Of a stretch of 64,000 nucleotides of DNA, positions 55,021 to 64,000 are shown piece by piece; positions within the stretch are counted from its first letter, which is position 1; each line of letters opens with the position of its first letter. The notes under the pieces were generated by a model. That model was not told the origin of the DNA. It did not search any database and saw nothing but the letters and a program-made list of their open reading frames with translations. The translations under genes and the position numbers were made by a program. The stretch is from the human T2T-CHM13v2.0 reference genome, Homo sapiens: assembly GCF_009914755.1 (NCBI RefSeq), contig NC_060934.1; one strand, given 5' to 3'.

Positions 55021-55709
55021 ATGGACTCTGAAAGCACTGGTACTTGTTAGACTCTTGTTCTTCTTCAAGTAAGTGTGGGAGACACTGCAAGGAGAGGTTA
55101 GTGGGACAAACTGGTGCAGCCTTTTAAGGGGATTTGTTATACTCACAAAAGAAGCCCAGTGTGAGGGATACTTTTTTTTTTTAAAAAAAATGAAGGGTTG
55201 GGAACCTGATCCCAGGTTTAATAAATCTGGGAAGGTGGCCAAGGTCCCTGAATTTTAAAGACTTTAAAGAGTCTCCGAGAATGTGTCCCAGGTCACTGAA
55301 TTTTAAAGAAGCCCTCCAGGTGAGAACCAATGCTCTGAGAGTTGCAAACCAGGGTTTTGTTTGTCAGTGCAACATTTTAGCTGGCTCTAGGTACAGAGCC
55401 TTCAGATGTGGGTATAAGGGGAGATTTTCAAAAAGTTCCACATACTGAGTGATCTTTTTCTAAAACTGAGAGGCCTCCCAGACTCATCACAAGCCAGAAA
55501 AGTAGCCGTTGCTATTTGTTTTCCATCAAATGCTGAGAGCTGCCACTCTCATTCTTAGCTCATTTGAAGCAACAGGGATTTCCTCTTGAGAGCAGGAGAC
55601 AGAATTCATTACGACAAAGCATGGTTTTAGAGTAAAGTGTGAAGTGTGTAGCCATGTCTATAAAAGGGATAAAGAGCCAGGACACCATGATTTTGCTGTG
55701 GGGTTAGCA

Positions 55710-55880
55710 TTGCTTACTCGCTTAGTGATCTGGGCCAATCACTGAATCTCTCTGAGCCTTAATTTCCTCATCTGTAGAAGGGGAAAATAGTACTTATCTC
55801 ATTATTTTGTGGTGTAGACTAAATGAGATCAGATATCGGAGGTGCTTATCCTCTGGAAAGCACCTAATAATAAGATTAGC
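55710..55880 (+). mobile_element. MIR
   Basis: Core tcactgaatctctctgagccttaatttcctcatctgtagaagggg. Confidence 0.75.
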
Positions 55881-58467
55881 TACAATTAATACGTGTGTTA
55901 AGAAATGTGGGACCCACAGGCTCTGAATCTCCCGGTGAGTAGTTGGAGGAGATGGCCAAAGGCTCTGAAATCCTTTCAGGTCCACGGATTCCTAGGGGAG
56001 GGTATGATCTGGGCAAAGATGATTACATTATTTTCTTTCTTACACTTATTTTCCTAGAAGATATTTCTCTAGGAAGATGAGAGCCTTTGTAATTTTCAAC
56101 CCTTAGAAATCAATTATTCCTGAGTTATTTTTGCATTTATGAAAAGTGCCAAATTAATTTCGACTGAATTTTCTTTTCTGTGATCAATGAGGAGGTCAGC
56201 TGGTAGACATGACGAGATTCTAACAACACCGGGTATTGCCCCTCGGAGTTTTAATTGCCTTAATTCTCTGTAATTCATTTCTGAGAACTAGCATCTTTTC
56301 ATACAGTCTTAAAAATCTCAGCTTCTTAATATATGCATGAATGGCAATACGCTAATATGCAATTCAAGTAGCAGGGTTTACATTTTATAATTCTGCATGG
56401 AAAAAAGGCTTGAAATCTGGAAGCCCTGGTCCCAAATGTTCTTCATTCCCACAACACACAAAGAGACAAAACCTCAGAACAGAGGTGGAATCATGATATC
56501 CTTCTCTCATTCATTATTTACAATATATCTGCCTCAGTACCTAGATTTCCTTGCACACCTTAGGAAGTCATGGGGAGATAGATTTGAACTAGAGTCTAGA
56601 GGTAAGTGATGCCATATTCCATTACCTGAGTCACTATCTCCCCAATACCTTCCCCTCCCTCTTTTTTCCCCCAAAAGAGCACATCTTTGGAAATTGAGAA
56701 TATTCAGTGAACAGGACTCATAAATCAAATCATTATCATTAATAATCAAAGTGAGACATTGTGAGAAATAGCAAATTAATCACAACTGGCAGGTGAAGCT
56801 ACTTCCAGCCTCTGCTTTCTGCATACTAAAGGGAGCAGAATTTTCCCCAGTGGGTTTTTATTTTTCTTAAGTTTATTTTCTTAGTGAACACTGCACTCTT
56901 TGGTTGACTGGGAATTATGTCCAAACCCAGGTTTCCCTACTACTAATATGACTAATTCTGTTTAATAAAATTTGATTTTCAGAACCATTTTTGTTCCATA
57001 AATAAGATATATTATGATTTGGTGTACTTTATTAGTATACCATTGCATATTTGAAATTGAAGACATTTTTCTAGAGGAGGAAAATAACTAATGTTATCAC
57101 AAATTTGGATTAGATGTAATTATTTATTTTCCGTGTCTTGGGTCATACTTATGTGACAGCCTGTCATCTTAGTTTAAATGCCTTTTTGGTAAAAATGGGA
57201 GACAAGCCTAAATATAATATTTTCTACTGTTATGATAGTTTTCAAAGCATGATTAATAATAATTCATGAATTTTGAGAACGTCTTATTTCTCCAGGAAAG
57301 AAATAAATACTTCTTTTCCATCATGTTTACCTTCTCAGCCTCCCTGTGAAGTAAGAACTACTTTCTTAAATCGAGAGACAGTGAGTCAAAAACAGTTAAA
57401 TTTTTACCATTTCACACAGCAATTCTGGGTTTAAATTTAAAATAGACTCGAATTTCCTGACCCAGCATTAGACAATGTTGTCAAAATTTTCACTTCTTAG
57501 TGACTTTTGAAATGACATGCAAATTTTTAAAAACAGAGGAAAATAAGTACTAATATCTGGATTGTATTTTTATTTCTATAATGTATTAAAATGTGCTAAG
57601 TGATTAAAAATACATGAGCTATTTCAGAAGGTACAGAAATGTTTCGAACTCCATATTTAAAGGAAAGGCAAACAAAATGTGGGGGATTAGAAGGAAACAA
57701 AAATAAAATGCAAAGTGTATTTAATATTGAGAAACAAAGTGTTTCAGTAAGGCCTATGTGCTTACGAGAGTCTGTGCTTTTGCTCAGCATAACTTCACTA
57801 AGAAATGGGAGAAGAGGGGACTGAGGCTGTCACTGTCCTTTACCCAGAATCATTTTTCCCTTCTCTGACTGTTACCAATTACCCAAAGCTCAATTCAATA
57901 ATCCTCATCAGTACTCTAGGAGTTTAACTAGAAAGCAACATTAAGGTTTAAATATTGCAGTTTTGTGAATGTAGGATTGTGAAAATCTTTCTAGCAGATT
58001 CCCGGATTATTCAGGAGTGTCAGGGTCTATTTCTTTCATATTACTTATATATGGGTTTTTCTTTCCTTTGAAAGCATCTCTGTTTGGTAAAAAGCAAAAT
58101 TAAAGTGACCGTATGTTGCATATTGTATTGAAGATGGACGAGGAAAGTGGTTTAAAAATAGATAAATGCATTTTCTTTCTTTTAACATTACACATACTGG
58201 TTACTCTTTCCTGTCTATTTTCTAGACATTTTTTCAGTTTATGTTTGCAAGATGATTTGTCATTCTCCTTGAATTTCTTTCTCTACTAATCTTCTGCAGG
58301 GACAGTTAGTCACCTGACGTGATGAGATGGTTCCTGGGTCTGATGAGTTTTTCGCTGGTGGACGTAGCCCTGCTCTTGAACACACGGATGTCCTTCAAGC
58401 CTGAAGGGATGAAATCCCATCTCCCTAATGAGGGAGACAATAGGTTTCTCAGAAAATGGGATAGTTT

Positions 58468-58666
58468 CTTTTCTTTTTTTTTCTTTTCTTTGTTTTCTTT
58501 CTTTCTTTTCTTTTCTTTTTTTTTTTTTTTTGAGATAGAGTCACTCTCTGTCACTCAGGCTGGAGTGCGTGGCACAATCTAGGCTCCCTGCAGCCTCGGC
58601 CTCCCAGGTTCCAGCGATTCTCCTGCCTCAGCCTCCTGAGTAGCTGGGATTACAGGCACGCACACC
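58468..58666 (-). mobile_element. Alu right-arm-only copy (5'-truncated)
   Basis: Long T-rich head then a single right monomer; atagttt on both flanks. Confidence 0.85.
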
Positions 58667-61116
58667 ATAGTTTTCTATTTGAATGATTTGTTATGTTGGT
58701 TATCTGTGACAAAGTCATTTGCCCCTTTTGGGAGGGAATACATAACTATAATAATTCAATTCTGAACTTGAAGAAAACAGAAAGCAAAGTGGCATAAAAT
58801 TGCCCTTTTTGTTGTAATTTTTTTTTAAATATTTGAGACAACGTATTTGAAGGCACGATGTTCCCCTTTCTTCTGAGTTGGGGATATTCCGTAAGTGAGT
58901 GATGAATAATACACTATGTTCCATAACGTCTCTGTGTTTAATTGTCCAGAGCACCATGTGTATACTCACTTGAACCTGGAGAATTGTTCATGTGATTGGA
59001 AACCCAAAGAAAACCACTTCCTGGCTGTTGATACAGGGGCCAAAAAGTTGTAATATCTAAAGATCACATAAGTAGGTTTCTTGATTGTTGTATATTTATT
59101 TTGTATCATTCCTGACTTGTAAATAAGGAAATAAGTCATTAAGAAATTACTAAATTAGGTTGCAAACCATGGGCAGGAAAGAAGTCAAACAGAATGCCTG
59201 ACACAGTCAATCAGCTAAGTCTAATTTTCCTTCCCCATTTCTTTTTCTTTTTTTCCTCTCCTGTTGCTTTTCTTCTTCTTTCCCTTTCAGGCATCTCCTC
59301 GTTTTATTTTCTGTAACTCACAGAGTGCTGCAGAATAATGTTAGGGCTTTGCAGTTTATTCCTTGCGATTTAACTGCATAAATATAAAAAGTGCCTGAGC
59401 AATAATGCACGTTGGGTTATTCAATAACACAAGGAATGTAAAGCGATTTCATATCTCCTTGAATCAGGAACATTAATTAATCATATGATGAGAATGCAAC
59501 GTTTTATTTACCAGGGCAAGAGGCTGCCAAGATCTTTCTGAGTTTAATAATTGCACACTCTGTGGAGGGAGGAAAAATTAATTTAGTTATTAAATTGGAG
59601 GGTGCTTTTTTTCTATCATGGTGATGCTGGAAAGTAGCCAGGCCATAATGTTAATGTTACGAGAGTTGAGATGTGGATGACTTTCACTAAAAGCTTTCTC
59701 CACCTTTACTAAAATAAAAAAAGAAAAAAGAATAGTGTTGGGAATGGTGCACAAAATTTGTTTTTCGTGAGTGTAGATAATAAAACAAAGTTTCTATCTT
59801 GCCCTTCAAGAACAAATGGATTGCAATGGACTAGGTGCATGCAAAAATAGCCCCCTCCCAAGGTGCGAATGTTGCCGGAAGGAAGTGCCTTGTGCCATAG
59901 GCCAAGTGAAGTAGTTCCATGGAAGCAGAGCAAGTCATCATCAAAGTGTAAGGTTGCAGGAGAATGAAGGTGTCAGCGAGGAGGCAGTGTGACAAAGGGA
60001 AACAGGGTAATTTGGCATAATTTTCTTGCCTCTTCATCTGTGTACTTGTTAGTTTCCCTGGCACAAATGTTTTCCTTGTTGTTTTTCCTTCTCTACTCTC
60101 AGATTTCAAATTTCCATTTTCAAGTATTATCTCAGGTGCCTCCACTTCCTAGAGTCTTTCACTGGTTGCCTCAATTCAAAGAGATCTTGATTTTTATTTT
60201 TCCCACATCCTTCTCCTTCTCCCCCTTCCTCTTCCTTTGCTTCTTCTTCCATTAGCTGAACTCACTTTGACTTGCAGCACTTTCCCAAACACATAATATT
60301 GAACCATACAGGTTCCATACTCAAGTGTACATTGTCTTTTGTTTCCTGCTAATCTTCTTGAGGGTGGAATTAGGTTGTTACCAATCTCTACAATCCTAAG
60401 TGTTAAATAGTGTCATTTGGCACTTTGATTATTAACAATTACTTCATTGCCTTTATTTGGAGGGGAAACAATATTGGCGTGGAGGTGTGGCTACCAGTTC
60501 CATCAATTTATTAACTATATGTATCCTTTATCAAGTCAATTAATGATCCTGGTCACCAGTGCTTTCATCTGTAACGTGTATTATTGCAAAAGTCTTTATG
60601 TCTCTAATATTGTGTGGCCTAATATTGTATGCTTATTTTTACATGATCCATTTAAAGTACAATGCTTTTCCTAAGATATCTAGAAAACTTCATAATTTTG
60701 TAGAAATAGAAGACTAGAGCTGGAATTTGAGGAAAAGGGAGAGTTATGTATTATTTGGTATAACATTTGTTATATAAATTTTAAGTTTATATTTAGTGCT
60801 GGATATAATTTTTCTAGATTTTCTTTATATTTAATAATCACTGAATTAACCAAATTTGAGGGTTACTGTTGAGTGTGTGTTCGAATGCGGTGAATTAATA
60901 GATATGCAATAAGTTATAAGATATGTACATGATAATATGCATGTAAACTATGTATGGAATCTAACTGGATTTACCTTAGGAAAGACAGTCTTCAGGGCAT
61001 CATTGGAAATGATTTTCCAAAGCCTATACATCTTTAAACTCATTTTGAGAGTCTAACATTTAATTGTGGTCTGTTACATGTTAAACAATGTTATTTCAAA
61101 TTTCTTTTCAGCTCTT

Positions 61117-62534
<1,418 letters not shown>

Positions 62535-62874
62535 TTAATTGCACTGAAATATTCATCTTCATCTTATGCTGGACTATGAAGGAATTGAAAGAACATAAGC
62601 ATTTACCTGCATTTAAAATTCCCACAATTCCCTCTCTAGACATGAGTTTCTATACTTGGGTCTAGAGGAGAGATGAAAAGGATACTCGTTGTGGGTTTTA
62701 AAGGAAGCCCTGAATGTTAGCAATATTAAGCACTTAATATATAAATAACTTCTAAAAATTCAGACCCTGGGGCCAGTAATTAAAGACAGTGCTTCAAAAC
62801 AAGTTTATTGGAATTACCCGTGTGAGAAAGGAACCGCTGCTTTGAGCTTGTGGGATACTATTATCTTCATTAAA

Positions 62875-63115
62875 ATAACTGACTACCACAATCCTGATAT
62901 ATTGACAAGCTGCTAGCTTGTGGAACAGAGTAGAAAATAGACCCATACATACAGAGATAGCTGACTTTTGACAACTGTGTAAAATTAATTTAGTGGAAAA
63001 GAAGAATCTTTTAATAAATGGTACTGAACAGTTAGATATTCATATGCCAAAGAGGTGAACTTAATTCACACCTTGCACCATATATGATGTATTGACTATG
63101 AATTTATAAATCTTC
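62875..63115 (+). mobile_element. Ancient L1 ORF2 fragment
   Basis: aaatagacccatacatacag...ctgacttttgacaa...caccttgcaccatata. Confidence 0.65.
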
Positions 63116-64000
63116 CAGACAAGCAAAAAACCCATTCCATCAGCCCTTTACCAACCACCCACATTACAGCAGAGCTGAGGAAATATTTAAGTGGGTGGTA
63201 CCCATCCTATCAACATGTGGTAACAAGGAGGTAGGGCTTACTGGCTGAAGGAAATTGAGAAGTTGGAGAGTTTGGGAGGAGTGAAGAAAAGTGTGTTATT
63301 CGAAACTGGGCAGCACTGAGGGGCAGTTCTGAAAGGTGATAATGACTTGAGCTGCTGTGCTGTCTGCATTACTTGCTATCAGTCAAAATCTATGGAGAGG
63401 TAGCCACACACTGACAGCAAGTGATAGCTGACAACTCAGTGCAATGAAGGAGAAATAATTATAAAAGAAAAAAATTAATAATGAAGACTTCTGAGCCTTG
63501 TAGTAAAAATGCCAAATGCTGTTCAATATGCTCTGTTTTAGAAGATCAAGCAATATATGATACATTTTAAAATATTTTAATTAAAATAACTTTTTAAAAA
63601 ATTGCTTATAAGGAGTACACCTTTTAAATTTGGATAACTTTTTCTGAAAGATTATTGTTTGAGAGTTTTAAATAGTATATTACTAAATACCATTTATTTT
63701 CTAATGTAGTCCATTGTTTCCTATTGTAACAATGGAAATAATAAAAAATATTTAGAAATATGTTCAAGCACAGGGAGAATTCTTTTACAAATGGCTTTGT
63801 TAAGCAAAATCTCTTGATTTTTATATAATTCTTTATAATTATTTTAATATTTTAAATAAAATACTGTATACACATGTTTTCAGAATTGAATAACTTACTC
63901 TAAATTTAATGTCATATGTAATGACCTTTTTATAAATGTAATTAATAAAGCTCATATTAAACATCTTTATTGTACAAAGTATTGTGTCAGTTACTGGGGC

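Noticed and set aside
55659-55666. TATAAAAG box (also TATATAAA at ~40341)
   Set aside because: No CpG island or other promoter support; expected by chance in AT-rich DNA

Overview
AT-rich, CpG-depleted primate genomic DNA. AluY and L1PA copies point to a catarrhine, very likely human. It looks like an intron of a large gene/lncRNA or a gene desert. I found no CpG island, no recognisable protein-coding exon and no tRNA/rRNA, and I cannot name the locus. Much of the window is interspersed repeat: 11 Alus plus a FLAM, L1s from ancient L1M to L1PA, L2/MIR relics, solo LTRs (MER41A, LTR9-like, MLT1, MST/MLT1A, MLT2) and DNA-transposon MITEs (MER2, MADE1). There is also a 521-bp uninterrupted polypurine tract. 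Almost all ORFs in the supplied track are Alu, L1 or low-complexity artefacts. Best leads: (1) three plus-strand exon-like segments at 50.2-53.7 kb that splice in frame into a 71-codon ORF with a strong Kozak context; (2) an orphan polyadenylated retrocopy inside the LTR9-like LTR; (3) several TE-poor, TF-motif-rich blocks that look like developmental enhancers; (4) a chimeric AluSp/AluY element. No novel biological system can be established from sequence alone. Repeat subfamily names come from recalled consensus sequences, and boundaries of old repeats are approximate.
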